A stretch of DNA of 64,000 nucleotides. It comes from Candidatus Parcubacteria bacterium (GTDB lineage Bacteria; Patescibacteriota; Minisyncoccia; UBA6257; HR35). The stretch covers positions 2,672-66,671 of the forward strand of contig BPJG01000001.1 of the NCBI GenBank assembly GCA_026004495.1. The letters are read 5' to 3'. Within the stretch, counting starts at the first letter, position 1, and the number at the start of each line of letters is the position of its first letter. The notes under the pieces were generated by a model. The model searched no databases and was not told the origin of the DNA. It worked only from the letters and a program-made list of their open reading frames with translations. This document shows, in pieces, positions 17,177 through 27,211 of the stretch. The position numbers were made by a program, and so were the translations under genes.

Positions 17177-18538
17177 ATGAATATTTATGAAAACACATTA
17201 GCAAAAATAAAAAAATTAGCTAATCTATTAATAAAAATTGGTTACGATAAGATAAAAATTGAAGAATTGCTCAGATTTTTAATTTTACCACAAAGAATTA
17301 TTAAAGTTTTTATTCCCTTAAAAAGAGATAATGGTGAGTTAGAAATTTTTGAAGGCTATCGAGTTCAACATAATAATTTTTTAGGACCATATAAAGGAGG
17401 AATTAGATATTTTCCTGAAGTTAACGAAGACGAAATTAAAACTTTAGCTTTGCTTATGACATTGAAATGTGCTTTAGTTGATTTACCATTAGGTGGCGCT
17501 AAGGGAGGAATTAAAGTTGATCCAAAAAATTTATCTGAAACTGAATTAGAAAGACTTTCAAGAGAATATGTAAGAAAAATTTATGATTTTATTGGATCGG
17601 ATAAAGATATACCTGCTCCAGATGTAAATACTAATTCTAAAATTATGGGTTGGATGGTAGATGAATACATTAAAATAATACAGACTTACGCAGACTACAA
17701 GCAGACTAATGAAGAAAAAAATAAATTATTAGCAACTTTTACTGGAAAATCTCTTGAAAATGGAGGGATCGAAGGAAGAGAAGAGGCAACAGGTAAAGGT
17801 GGAGAAATTATTTTAAATAAATTGGTAAAAAAACTAAATTTGAATAAGAAAGAATTAACTGTTGCTATCCAAGGATTTGGCAATGTTGGTTATAATATTG
17901 CAAAATTTTTATATAGGACGCAGACCTTCGCAGACTATACGCAGACTAATGCAGACAATATAGATGTTCGCATAGGTTCGCGTGAAGGTTCGCATAAGTT
18001 TGCGAAATCAGAAATTTCTTACAAGATTATTGCTCTTTCTGATAGTAAAGGAGGAATTTATAGCAAAGAAGGTTTTAATCCAGAAATTGTGATGAAATGG
18101 AAAAAAGAAAAAGAGATGATAGGTCAAGATATAACTAATGAAGAAATTTTAGAACTTGATGTTGACATTTTAATTCCCGCTGCCCTGGAAAATGTAATAA
18201 CTAAAGATAATACCCATAGAATAAAAGCAAAAATAATTTTAGAAATGGCAAATAATCCAATAACTGAGGAGGCAGATGAAATTTTAAATCAAAAAGGAAT
18301 TATCGTTGTGCCTGATATTTTGGCAAATGCTGGTGGAGTAATTGTTTCTTATTTTGAAATGTTACAAAATATTGAAAATAGAAAATGGAGCAAAAAAGAA
18401 GTTTTTCAAAAATTAGAAGAACATCTAAGTAAGGCATTTGATAGGGTGTGGGAAACCTCAAAAAAACATAAAATATCATTAAGAAATTCAGGTATTTTAG
18501 TAGCCCTAAATAGATTATTAGAAAAATATAATTTTTAA
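17177..18538 (+). CDS. gdhA: Glutamate dehydrogenase (Glu/Leu/Phe/Val dehydrogenase family) carrying two in-frame repeat-element insertions
   Basis: LGPYKGGIRYFP, LPLGGAKGGIKVDP, GFGNVGYNIAKFL, ANAGGVIVSYFE. Insertions QTYADYKQTNEE and RTQTFADYTQTNADNIDVRIGSREGSHKFAK. Confidence 0.85.
   Translation: MNIYENTLAKIKKLANLLIKIGYDKIKIEELLRFLILPQRIIKVFIPLKRDNGELEIFEGYRVQHNNFLGPYKGGIRYFPEVNEDEIKTLALLMTLKCALVDLPLGGAKGGIKVDPKNLSETELERLSREYVRKIYDFIGSDKDIPAPDVNTNSKIMGWMVDEYIKIIQTYADYKQTNEEKNKLLATFTGKSLENGGIEGREEATGKGGEIILNKLVKKLNLNKKELTVAIQGFGNVGYNIAKFLYRTQTFADYTQTNADNIDVRIGSREGSHKFAKSEISYKIIALSDSKGGIYSKEGFNPEIVMKWKKEKEMIGQDITNEEILELDVDILIPAALENVITKDNTHRIKAKIILEMANNPITEEADEILNQKGIIVVPDILANAGGVIVSYFEMLQNIENRKWSKKEVFQKLEEHLSKAFDRVWETSKKHKISLRNSGILVALNRLLEKYNF
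17681..17707. repeat. (CAGACTnnn)x3 mini-element inside gdhA
   Basis: cagacttacgcagactacaagcagact. Confidence 0.75.
17918..18004. repeat. Composite ~87-bp mini-element inside gdhA: (CGCAGACnn)x4 + (GTTCGCnnn)x4
   Basis: gacgcagaccttcgcagactatacgcagactaatgcagacaatatagatgttcgcataggttcgcgtgaaggttcgcataagtttgcg. The 3' half aligns with 5471..5517. Confidence 0.85.
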
Positions 18539-18602
18539 GAAATCTTAAAATTAGATTATAATTAAATAGTCGAAATTTAGAAATTGATTATTAAAAACAA
18601 TC

Positions 18603-20027
18603 ATGAAAAAGATATCAATATTTCTAATTTTAGGAATATTAATCTTTAGTCAGATTATTTTTGCTGCGACGAATTCCAAGGTTTCTCTCACTATTCCAGA
18701 TAGAGATGTATATCTTTTGTTGGTGGATGGAGGAAGATATAAACCAAATTTACTTCCCACGAGTCCCTTCTATTTTACTAAAGAATTGTGGCGAGGTATT
18801 AAGCTTTTCTTTACTTTTGATCCAGTTAAAAAAGCAGATTTAGAATCACAAATTGCTGATGAAAAATTAGCTGAATTAGTTAAGGTATACGAAACCTCAA
18901 AAAGCAAAGAAGCCTTACAAAAAGCAATTCAAAATTATATTAAATCAAAAGAAAGATTGGCAAATAGAATTAAAAGTTTAGAAGTTAATCCAAAAGTTGA
19001 AGAATTAATTACTAAAATCTCAGAAAGAAACACCCAACACTTAATTTTATTTGATGAATTAATTGCTAAAGAGCGTGACCAACTCATAATAGATGACCTT
19101 ATTCAAGCAAGACAAGCTTCTGATGCTGTAACTGCTAATCAAGTTGATAAATCTTGGAGAGCAGCTCAAGCAGGAATCGATAATGCTTTAAATACCTTAC
19201 CTTATGAGGAAGGAATAAAAGAATTAAAAGCTTTAGAAGTTTTAACTAGAATTGAAGAAAAACTGCCAGAGGAAGCTAAAAAAGGAATTAAAACCGCAAA
19301 AGAAAATATTGAAAAGAGATTGATTGAGGAGGGAAAGATAGAGAAGATCTTGCGCGACGAAGAATCAACGGCAAAAATAGAGGAAACTGGTGGCGGAACA
19401 TCAGTTTTACCCCAGTCAAGCGAAGGTAAGGGAATCAAAAAAAAGGATTTCTCTACTATGCGAGTAGAAGGTGGTTCTGACGGCAAATCAACTGATGCTA
19501 ATTGGATTATCATTAAAGATGTTCCTCTCTCTCAAAAAGCGTTAGAAAGTGTGATTGATAAATTAGAAGAAAAAGCAAAAAAATCACTATCAGTTTCTCA
19601 AAAATCAAATATTGTTAATATTGAAGCATTGAAAGAAACAGTATCAAGAAAATATATACTTTCAGAAACCAAAGATATAAAAATTAAAAATAAAGGTTCC
19701 TCTGATTCTTCTGAGGTGAGAAAAAATTCTGGTGGGGTAGTAACTGAAAGTGAAAGTACTGGTGAATTTTCGGGAAAAATTGAAAATAAAAATACTTCTA
19801 ATTCTTCTGAGATTAGAAAAAATTCTGGTGGGGTAGTAACTGAAAGTGAAAGTACTGGTGAAAGATTAATAAAATCTACAAGTTCCGAAGCAAAGAATTC
19901 AAGGATAAAACAAGAAGAAAATCAATCAATAAATAAGTCAATTGAACCTATAATGAAACAATTAAAAGATGGAGGTGATCGATTACCTGGCCAAACAGAA
20001 GATGAAACAACTGATTATACAGAATAA
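18603..20027 (+). CDS. Secreted protein, paralog A of a tandem pair. It shares a ~270-aa near-identical core with 20093..21772. C-terminal low-complexity tandem repeat (SSEVRKNSGGVVTESESTGE x2).
   Basis: Signal peptide, a coiled-coil-rich core and a 60-bp tandem repeat at ~19690-19870. Confidence 0.5.
   Translation: MKKISIFLILGILIFSQIIFAATNSKVSLTIPDRDVYLLLVDGGRYKPNLLPTSPFYFTKELWRGIKLFFTFDPVKKADLESQIADEKLAELVKVYETSKSKEALQKAIQNYIKSKERLANRIKSLEVNPKVEELITKISERNTQHLILFDELIAKERDQLIIDDLIQARQASDAVTANQVDKSWRAAQAGIDNALNTLPYEEGIKELKALEVLTRIEEKLPEEAKKGIKTAKENIEKRLIEEGKIEKILRDEESTAKIEETGGGTSVLPQSSEGKGIKKKDFSTMRVEGGSDGKSTDANWIIIKDVPLSQKALESVIDKLEEKAKKSLSVSQKSNIVNIEALKETVSRKYILSETKDIKIKNKGSSDSSEVRKNSGGVVTESESTGEFSGKIENKNTSNSSEIRKNSGGVVTESESTGERLIKSTSSEAKNSRIKQEENQSINKSIEPIMKQLKDGGDRLPGQTEDETTDYTE
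18776..19585. repeat. Copy 1 of a ~0.8-kb near-identical tandem gene duplication (partner at 20264..21070)
   Basis: Long stretches of >90% nucleotide identity between the two paralogs. Confidence 0.8.
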
Positions 20028-20092
20028 AACTATTAAAAGTTATCATAAATGCATATGTTAGATAAAAATTAAAATTTAAATAAATAAAAAAA

Positions 20093-21772
20093 ATGAAAAA
20101 AATATTAATAACACTATTAACCTTAAGTTTATTGATTTTAAATAATATTGTTTGGGCGCAGGAAAATGAAGTACAAAAAAGTGGTGGTGAGCCTGGGTAT
20201 GCAATAAGAAATCCTAGGTTTAGTCCAGGTAAAGTAGCCCTCCTTCCCACCAGTCCATTTTATTTCACTAAAGAATTGTGGCGAGGTATTAAGCTTTTCT
20301 TTACTTTTGATCCAGTTAAAAAAGCAGATTTAGAATCACAAATTGCTGATGAAAAATTAGCTGAATTAGTTAAAGTATACGAAACCTCAAAAAGCAAAGA
20401 AGCCTTACAAAAAGCAGTTCAAAATTATATTAAATCACAAGAAAGATTGGCAAAGAGAATTAAAAGTTTAGAAGTTAATCCAAAAGTTGAAGAATTAATT
20501 ACTAAAATCTCAGAAAGAAACACCCAACACTTAATTTTATTTGATGAATTAATTACTAGAATAGGTGGTGATGGGATACATGGTGGTCTTATTGAAGCAA
20601 GAAAAGCTTCTGATGCTGTAACTGCTAATCAAGTTGATAAATCTTGGAGAGCAGCTCAAACAGGAATTGAAAATGCTTTAAATAACTTACCCTACGAAGA
20701 AGGACTAAAAGAATTAAAAGCCTTAGAAGTTTTAACTAGAATTGAAGAAAATTTACCAGCAGAAGCTAAAAAAGGAATTGAAACAGCCAAAGAAAATATT
20801 GAAACAAAATTGATTGAGGAAGGAAAAATTAAGAATATTTTAGGAGAAGAATCAACGGCAAAAATAGAGGAATATGGTAACGGAAAATCAATTTTATCTC
20901 AGCCAAGTGAAAATAATGAAATAAAGAAAACACCTATTTCTAATATACAATTAGGAGGCGGCCCTAACGACAAATCAACTGATGTTAATTGGATTATCAT
21001 TAAAGATGTTCCTCTTTCTCAAAAAGCGTTAGAAAGTGTGATTGATAAATTAGAAGAAAAAGCAAAAAAAGTAAATTCCGCAATACAAAAATCCAACATT
21101 GTTAAAATCCAAACAATTAAAGAATTGAAAACGGCAATTGAAGAAGCAAAATCAGATGAATTTTATCAATTTGTACCAAAACCAATTGGTCCCAATTGTC
21201 CTCAAATCTCTCCTGATACATCAAAGGGATTAGAAGAATGTTTTAAATCGGCAAAATCATTAGAAGATAAATATCCAGGATGTAATTATTCGAATATATG
21301 TAAGTCATCATCAAAACTTCAAAATATTGAAAAATGTGGTCCAATGCCTCTTTACCCAACAAAAGAAGGTTGTGAAAGAATATGCCAAGATGGAAAATGG
21401 CAAGATTTTTGCATAGTTGAACCAAGTCCTCTAACGCAAGATAAATTACCAAAAGAAAAATTTCCAACTTGCGGTAAGATTCAATGTCTAAGATATGATC
21501 CTATTTGCGGTACTGATGGTAAAACTTATGCTTGCGGTGAGGCTGATGCTAAAGCTTGCGGAGTAGAGGTTGCTTATAAAGGTGAGTGTAAACCATCTTC
21601 GTTAACTCCACCTCCTGATAAACAAGTTGTTTGCACTCAAGAATGGAATCCTGTTTGCGGTACTGACGGCAAAACTTATTCTAATGAATGTATGGCAAAA
21701 GTTGCTGGAGTAGATATATCTTATAAAGGAGAGTGTCAAATTAGAGAAACCTTGCCATTGAGGCAATATTAA
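20093..21772 (+). CDS. Secreted protein, paralog B, with two C-terminal Kazal-type serine-protease-inhibitor domains
   Basis: CLRYDPICGTDGKTYACGEADAKACGVEVAYKGEC and CTQEWNPVCGTDGKTYSNECMAKVAGVDISYKGEC: canonical Kazal C-x(n)-PVCG-TDG-x-TY-x-NEC spacing. Confidence 0.7.
   Translation: MKKILITLLTLSLLILNNIVWAQENEVQKSGGEPGYAIRNPRFSPGKVALLPTSPFYFTKELWRGIKLFFTFDPVKKADLESQIADEKLAELVKVYETSKSKEALQKAVQNYIKSQERLAKRIKSLEVNPKVEELITKISERNTQHLILFDELITRIGGDGIHGGLIEARKASDAVTANQVDKSWRAAQTGIENALNNLPYEEGLKELKALEVLTRIEENLPAEAKKGIETAKENIETKLIEEGKIKNILGEESTAKIEEYGNGKSILSQPSENNEIKKTPISNIQLGGGPNDKSTDVNWIIIKDVPLSQKALESVIDKLEEKAKKVNSAIQKSNIVKIQTIKELKTAIEEAKSDEFYQFVPKPIGPNCPQISPDTSKGLEECFKSAKSLEDKYPGCNYSNICKSSSKLQNIEKCGPMPLYPTKEGCERICQDGKWQDFCIVEPSPLTQDKLPKEKFPTCGKIQCLRYDPICGTDGKTYACGEADAKACGVEVAYKGECKPSSLTPPPDKQVVCTQEWNPVCGTDGKTYSNECMAKVAGVDISYKGECQIRETLPLRQY
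20264..21070. repeat. Copy 2 of the tandem gene duplication
   Basis: See 18776..19585. Confidence 0.8.
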
Positions 21773-21776
21773 TAAA

Positions 21777-22142
21777 ATGACTGATAAAAAAGAATTAATT
21801 AAAAATATTTATCTTTATTCTGCAACCTTTATTGGTTTGATTTTGATAATTATTGCTTCTATTCAATTAATTGATCTAGGGCTGAAGACTTTTATTTTTA
21901 AAAAAGCAGATGAAGTAATTGTTTATCCTGTTTATCAAAAACTATTTGATCCCGAAGGTAAAGAATTAACTGAAGAAGAAATTAAAAAACAACAAGAAGA
22001 ACAAAGGCAATTTGAAATAAAACAAAGGGAAATTGAAAAACAAAGAAAAACTGCTAATTCTTTAGCAATGTTAATTGTTGGTATTCCAATTTTTATTTAT
22101 CATTTAAAATTAACAAAGAGGAATGATGAAACTAAAAATTGA
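21777..22142 (+). CDS. Small membrane protein with a charged coiled region
   Basis: Two hydrophobic segments flanking a KQQEEQRQFEIKQREIEKQRK segment. Confidence 0.35.
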   Translation: MTDKKELIKNIYLYSATFIGLILIIIASIQLIDLGLKTFIFKKADEVIVYPVYQKLFDPEGKELTEEEIKKQQEEQRQFEIKQREIEKQRKTANSLAMLIVGIPIFIYHLKLTKRNDETKN

Positions 22143-22599
22143 TCAACCAGCACCTGATTTTAGCTTAAAAGATCAAAATGGTGATTTTCATAGACTTTCA
22201 GATTATAAAGGTAAATGGGTTTTAGTTTACTTTTATCCAAAGGATAATACTCCTGGTTGTATCAAAGAAGCATGTGTTATTCGGGATAATTTTCCAGCGT
22301 TCGAAAAATTAAATATTGCTATTTTAGGAATAAGTAACGATACAGTTGAATCACATAAAAAATTTGCTCAAAAATATAAATTACCATTCACTTTACTTGC
22401 TGACGATAAAAAAGAGGTTGTTAAAAAATATAGCGTTTGGGGAAAGAAGAAATTTATGGGTATAGAATATGAAGGAATATCAAGAACATCATTTTTAATT
22501 AATCCACAAGGTAAAATAGTAAAAATTTATGAAAATGTTAAACCAGCGATTCACGCTAAAGAAGTTTTAGATGACCTAAACTTGTTAATTAATAAATAG
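22123..22599 (+). CDS. bcp: Thiol peroxidase Bcp (peroxiredoxin Q family)
   Basis: FYPKDNTPGCIKEAC active-site motif. Confidence 0.85.
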   Translation: MMKLKIDQPAPDFSLKDQNGDFHRLSDYKGKWVLVYFYPKDNTPGCIKEACVIRDNFPAFEKLNIAILGISNDTVESHKKFAQKYKLPFTLLADDKKEVVKKYSVWGKKKFMGIEYEGISRTSFLINPQGKIVKIYENVKPAIHAKEVLDDLNLLINK

Positions 22600-22605
22600 A
22601 TTTTA

Positions 22606-23535
22606 TTGATTAACTTAATGATATCTTTTAAAAATATAAAATTCAATTATGGATTTATTTGTTCTACCTATAAATCTTATTTATCAACAAATCATTCATT
22701 TCGTTTAAAAAACTTGAACAAAATAAATATTTTAAAAACAGTTGAAAAAAATTTAGAAGATTTTATCGAATTACTCAAATTAAGCAAAAAACTCAATTGT
22801 GGTATTTTTAGATTGGGCAGTCAATTTATACCCTTTGCCAGTCATCCAAATTTCAATAAAGAATGGCTAAAGGATATTAGGCAACTAATCAATAATTATT
22901 TAGAAGAAATAAAAAAATTTAACATAAGAATTACTATGCATCCTGGGCAATATACCATTTTATCAACAGAAAATAAATCTATCATTAAAAGATCACTAAA
23001 TGAAATAAAATATCATTTTTGGCTTTTAGATGAGCTGGAATTAAACGAAAATTCAATTGTAGTTATTCATCTTGGTGGTATTTATGGTGATAAAGAAAAA
23101 ACTAAAAAAATTTTCATAAAAAATGTAAAAATAAATAATTGGTTAAAATCAAGATTGGCTATAGAGAATGACGAAAGGTGTTATCACGCCAAAGAATTAA
23201 TTGAAATTGCCAAAGAATTATCTTTGCCTATTGTTTTTGATTGGTTCCATCATCAACTTAATCATTCTGTTTTTTCTCTAATAGATTTAATTGAAACTTG
23301 GGGCAATAGAACTCCAGAAATGCATATTTCTTCTGGATCAAAAATAAATAAATATGGCCATGCTGATTATGTTAATTTCAAAGATTTCTTAAATTTTTTA
23401 AGTTTTTTAAACGAAAATTCTAAATCACAAAAAATAAAAATTGACATTTTATTTGAAGCAAAAAAGAAAGAACTAGCGATAAAAAAATTTATTAATAACT
23501 GTAATAAATTTAGATTTTTAGAATGCGCTCAATAG
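22606..23535 (+). CDS. uvsE: UV DNA damage endonuclease UvdE/UvsE
   Basis: TMHPGQYTILST, VVIHLGG, LAIENDERCYHAKELIEIAKEL and VFDWFHH motifs of the UvdE TIM-barrel family. Confidence 0.75.
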   Translation: MINLMISFKNIKFNYGFICSTYKSYLSTNHSFRLKNLNKINILKTVEKNLEDFIELLKLSKKLNCGIFRLGSQFIPFASHPNFNKEWLKDIRQLINNYLEEIKKFNIRITMHPGQYTILSTENKSIIKRSLNEIKYHFWLLDELELNENSIVVIHLGGIYGDKEKTKKIFIKNVKINNWLKSRLAIENDERCYHAKELIEIAKELSLPIVFDWFHHQLNHSVFSLIDLIETWGNRTPEMHISSGSKINKYGHADYVNFKDFLNFLSFLNENSKSQKIKIDILFEAKKKELAIKKFINNCNKFRFLECAQ

Positions 23536-24824
23536 TATTATTTAAAAGGGATTTGAGGGCAGAGGATAACAAAGTTTTATATGAAGCTTTTAAAAACTCA
23601 AGGGAATTAATACCCATATTTATTTTTAATAAGTCCATTTTGAAAAAATTCAATAGTTATAATCAAAAGCTGGGTTTAATTATTGATGGTGTAAAAAAAT
23701 TATCAGAAAAAATTAATCTATATGTTTTTTATGGCGAAGATGATGAGGTTTTAGAATTTTTGTTTCTAAAATATAAACCTGATGCTTTATATACAGCTGA
23801 ATCTTTTTCTTGGCAAGGTGAAAAGAGAGATAAAGGGATAGAAAAATTATGTTTAAAATATAGAATTGGTTTTAATAAAATTTTTGATAATTTTTTAGTT
23901 AATTTTCGTTTGATACCATACAATAAAGTTTTTACTCCTTTTTATAAAAAGTGGTTAAATTTTATTGACAATCAAGAAGTAAATATAAATTTGAATGAAC
24001 TTAATAAAAAGATTTTAAATTTAAACTTAGATAAAATTGACGATTTGTTAATTAAAAATAAAGAGATAGATTATCAAAATAATATCTGGAACTATGAATT
24101 TGGTATTAAAAGATTAAAAGAGTTCAATTTCAAAGATTATGATAAAAATCGAAGTTTTCCTTCATTGGATGGAACATCAAAGCTTTCACCTTATATTAGA
24201 TTTGGCCTAATTTCAGTTAGAAAGATTTATAACTTAACATCAAAATTAAATCAATCTTATGTTCAAGAATTATCCTGGAGAGAATTTTGGTATCATATTA
24301 AATATAATTTTAATGATTTTAAAAATTTGGAATTTCAAGAAAAAAGAAGGAATATAAATTGGAATAATGATTCTAAATTATTAGATAAATTTTTAAATGC
24401 TCAAACTGGATATCCAATTGTAGATGCTGGAATTAGACAATTAAAAACTGAAAATTGGATGCACAACCGAGTGAGAATGATTGTTGCTAATTTTTTAACT
24501 AAAGATTTATTGATTGATTGGCGAATTGGAGAAAAATTTTTTAAAGACTATTTAATTGATTATGATGAAATAGTTAATGTTGGAAATTGGCAGTGGTGTG
24601 CTTCTGTTGGCCCAGATCCACGACCTTTAAGAATTTTTAATCCAATAATACAATCTGAAAAATTTGATCCTGAAGCCAACTATATTAAAACTTATATACC
24701 AGAATTAAAAAATATAAATCCAAAATTAATTCATAATCCACTTAAAAATAAATTATCATACTATAAACCGATAGTTAATCATTATGAACAAATACAAAAA
24801 ATTAAAAATCAATGGATAAATTAA
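23523..24824 (+). CDS. phr: Deoxyribodipyrimidine photolyase/cryptochrome family protein
   Basis: FAD-binding domain: GYPIVDAGIRQLKTENWMHNRVRMIVANFLTKDLLIDWRIGEKFF...NWQWCASVG. Confidence 0.85.
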   Translation: MRSIVLFKRDLRAEDNKVLYEAFKNSRELIPIFIFNKSILKKFNSYNQKLGLIIDGVKKLSEKINLYVFYGEDDEVLEFLFLKYKPDALYTAESFSWQGEKRDKGIEKLCLKYRIGFNKIFDNFLVNFRLIPYNKVFTPFYKKWLNFIDNQEVNINLNELNKKILNLNLDKIDDLLIKNKEIDYQNNIWNYEFGIKRLKEFNFKDYDKNRSFPSLDGTSKLSPYIRFGLISVRKIYNLTSKLNQSYVQELSWREFWYHIKYNFNDFKNLEFQEKRRNINWNNDSKLLDKFLNAQTGYPIVDAGIRQLKTENWMHNRVRMIVANFLTKDLLIDWRIGEKFFKDYLIDYDEIVNVGNWQWCASVGPDPRPLRIFNPIIQSEKFDPEANYIKTYIPELKNINPKLIHNPLKNKLSYYKPIVNHYEQIQKIKNQWIN

Positions 24825-25717
24825 TAAAAAATTTTTTAATAAAAATTATAGCTGAATTTAAATTCTTGATTAAAATTTCAAGATTTCGATTTTGGCTTTA
24901 TGAAGCTGGTACATTTTTTATAGGTTATTTAATTGCGGCACAAAGTTTGGGAGATTTTTTAAATTTAAATTTTTTAATTTATCTTTTTTATTTTCTTTTT
25001 CCAGCAAATCTTTTAATCTACGGAATTAATGATATCTTTGATTATGAAACTGACAAAAATAACCCTAAAAAGGCTGGTTATGAGAAATTACTTTTGCCAA
25101 AATATCACAAAGAAGTTTATTTTTACATTCTGATTTTTAATTTACCGTTTTTAATATATTCATTTTTAAATCTTAACTTAATCCAAAACCTCTTTTTCTT
25201 ATTATTTTTATTTTTTGCTATTTTTTATTCTGCCAAGCCAATCAGAGCAAAAACTATACCAATTTTAGATTCATTTTTTTCAGCCAGCCACTATGTTTTC
25301 ACTGGTATTTTTGGATATTATCTTATAGAAAGAGAAAACATCGAATTTCCAATTTTTGCTTTTGTTTTTGGTATTCTGTGGGCGATGGCAATGCATGCCT
25401 ATTCAGCTGTTCCGGACATAAAATTTGATAGGGAAGCAAAAGTATCAACTATTGCTACATTTCTTGGCGCTAAAAAAACAATAATTTTATGTCTATTACT
25501 TTATCTTTCCTCGTTTTTGATTTTATCTAATATAAAAAAAATCTTTATTTTAGGAGCTGTACCTTATTTAGTTCTAATGATTTTATCTTTAAAAAATTAT
25601 GATGATAATCAAAAAATAATGAAACTCTACAAATATTTTCCTTATATTAACACTATTTTACCGATGCTCTGGTCTATTTATTATATGACCGTTAAATTCG
25701 GAGTATTAAATTTCTGA
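24812..25717 (+). CDS. UbiA-family prenyltransferase (membrane). Probably carotenoid-related: a lycopene-elongase/hydratase-like role, inferred from context.
   Basis: NDIFDYETDKNNPKK (the Asp-rich UbiA motif) and ~8 TM segments. Adjacent to crtI, crtB and GGPPS. Confidence 0.55.
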   Translation: MDKLIKNFLIKIIAEFKFLIKISRFRFWLYEAGTFFIGYLIAAQSLGDFLNLNFLIYLFYFLFPANLLIYGINDIFDYETDKNNPKKAGYEKLLLPKYHKEVYFYILIFNLPFLIYSFLNLNLIQNLFFLLFLFFAIFYSAKPIRAKTIPILDSFFSASHYVFTGIFGYYLIERENIEFPIFAFVFGILWAMAMHAYSAVPDIKFDREAKVSTIATFLGAKKTIILCLLLYLSSFLILSNIKKIFILGAVPYLVLMILSLKNYDDNQKIMKLYKYFPYINTILPMLWSIYYMTVKFGVLNF

Positions 25718-27205
25718 AATAGGTCCTCCTTTCCTAATATTTAGAATCTTTTTATAAACAATCTGTCCGGAAACTAAAACCATTGGCACCCCAATCCCTG
25801 GGTAAGTATACTGACCAACATAATATAAATTTTTTACTTTTTTGCTTTTAATTTTGGGTCTAAAAAGCGTTTGTTTTAAATCATGAATAATTCCTAAAGC
25901 TGTCCCTTTATAAGCATTATAATCTCTTATAAAATCAAAAGGAGTATATATTCTTTCAAATTCAATCAAATCTTTAATGTTTTTAATATCAAATTTCTCT
26001 TCTATAGTTTTATAAATTTTTTCTTTAAATATATTTATTGACTCTTGATTTAAGTATTTTCCATTAGATATTGGAACTAAAATAAACAGCTGATCTTTAT
26101 TTTTAGGTGAGACAGTCGGATCACTCTTTGAAGCTGAACAAATATAAAAAGATGGATCATCTGGAAGATTGTTGTAGTTGAAAATTTGTTTAAAATTTAA
26201 ATCCCAATTTTTGGAAAAATAAAAATTATGATGAATAAATTGGTCTAATTTTTCTTTAAGTCCTACATAAAGGATAAATCCAGAAGGAGCTAATTCTAAT
26301 TTTTTAAAATAATCTTCATTATAATCTCGGTATTCTCTCTCTAATAAATTAATTTGGGTATGAAATAAATCAGCGTTTGAGATAACATAGTCAGCTAAAA
26401 TAGTTTCGCCGTTCTCTAATAAAACTCCCTTAACCTCACTATCTTCAACTAAAATTTTTTTAACTGGTGTGTTATTGAATAATTTAGCATTGTTTTCTTT
26501 TAAAATCTGTAGTAGAGCTTGAACAATTTTATAAATTCCCCCAAGTGGATAAAAGACTCCCTGTTTAAATAAAAAATAATTAATAATTCCATATACCGAT
26601 GGCGCTTTTTTAGGGTCTGTTCCTAAAAATAGAAAATCAAACTCTAATATTTTCAAAATTTTTTCGTTTTTAAATATATTCTTTAGCTTATTATGAGCAC
26701 TAGCGATAGGATTTATTTTTAAAAAAATACTAAAAAATTTTGGATTAACTAATCCTAACAAAGAATTGATGTCATTAAAAATATACTCATTTTTTATTAT
26801 CTTATATATCTTTTCTTGTAAATTTATGTATTCCTTTATCTTTTCAAAAGAACCCTTTTCTAAATTTTCAAAAGTTTCTCTGTTTACATCTAGTTCAGAA
26901 TAAATTGTTACACTCGTTTTATCGTCAAAAACTATTTTAAATGATGGATCTAGTTTTATAATGCTTAGTTCTTTATAAAAATCTTTATTAAATAATTTAA
27001 AAAAATCTTCAAAAATATCTTCCATCAAGATCCAAGATGGACCCATATCAAACAAATGACCATTACCATTAAAGAAATTTACTCTCCCTCCAAAATTTTG
27101 ATTTTTTTCGAAAATTAATACTTCAAATCCTTTTTTGGCAAGCAATGCCCCGACAGACAATCCACCTATCCCCGAACCAATAATAATTACTCTCTTCTTT
27201 TTCAT
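25706..27205 (-). CDS. crtI: Phytoene desaturase-family FAD oxidoreductase (CrtI/CrtN-like)
   Basis: N-terminal IIIGSGIGGLSVGALLAKKGFEVLIFEKNQNFGGR dinucleotide-binding motif. About 500 aa. Confidence 0.75.
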   Translation of the reverse strand: MKKKRVIIIGSGIGGLSVGALLAKKGFEVLIFEKNQNFGGRVNFFNGNGHLFDMGPSWILMEDIFEDFFKLFNKDFYKELSIIKLDPSFKIVFDDKTSVTIYSELDVNRETFENLEKGSFEKIKEYINLQEKIYKIIKNEYIFNDINSLLGLVNPKFFSIFLKINPIASAHNKLKNIFKNEKILKILEFDFLFLGTDPKKAPSVYGIINYFLFKQGVFYPLGGIYKIVQALLQILKENNAKLFNNTPVKKILVEDSEVKGVLLENGETILADYVISNADLFHTQINLLEREYRDYNEDYFKKLELAPSGFILYVGLKEKLDQFIHHNFYFSKNWDLNFKQIFNYNNLPDDPSFYICSASKSDPTVSPKNKDQLFILVPISNGKYLNQESINIFKEKIYKTIEEKFDIKNIKDLIEFERIYTPFDFIRDYNAYKGTALGIIHDLKQTLFRPKIKSKKVKNLYYVGQYTYPGIGVPMVLVSGQIVYKKILNIRKGGPISEI

Positions 27206-27211
27206 TGATAT

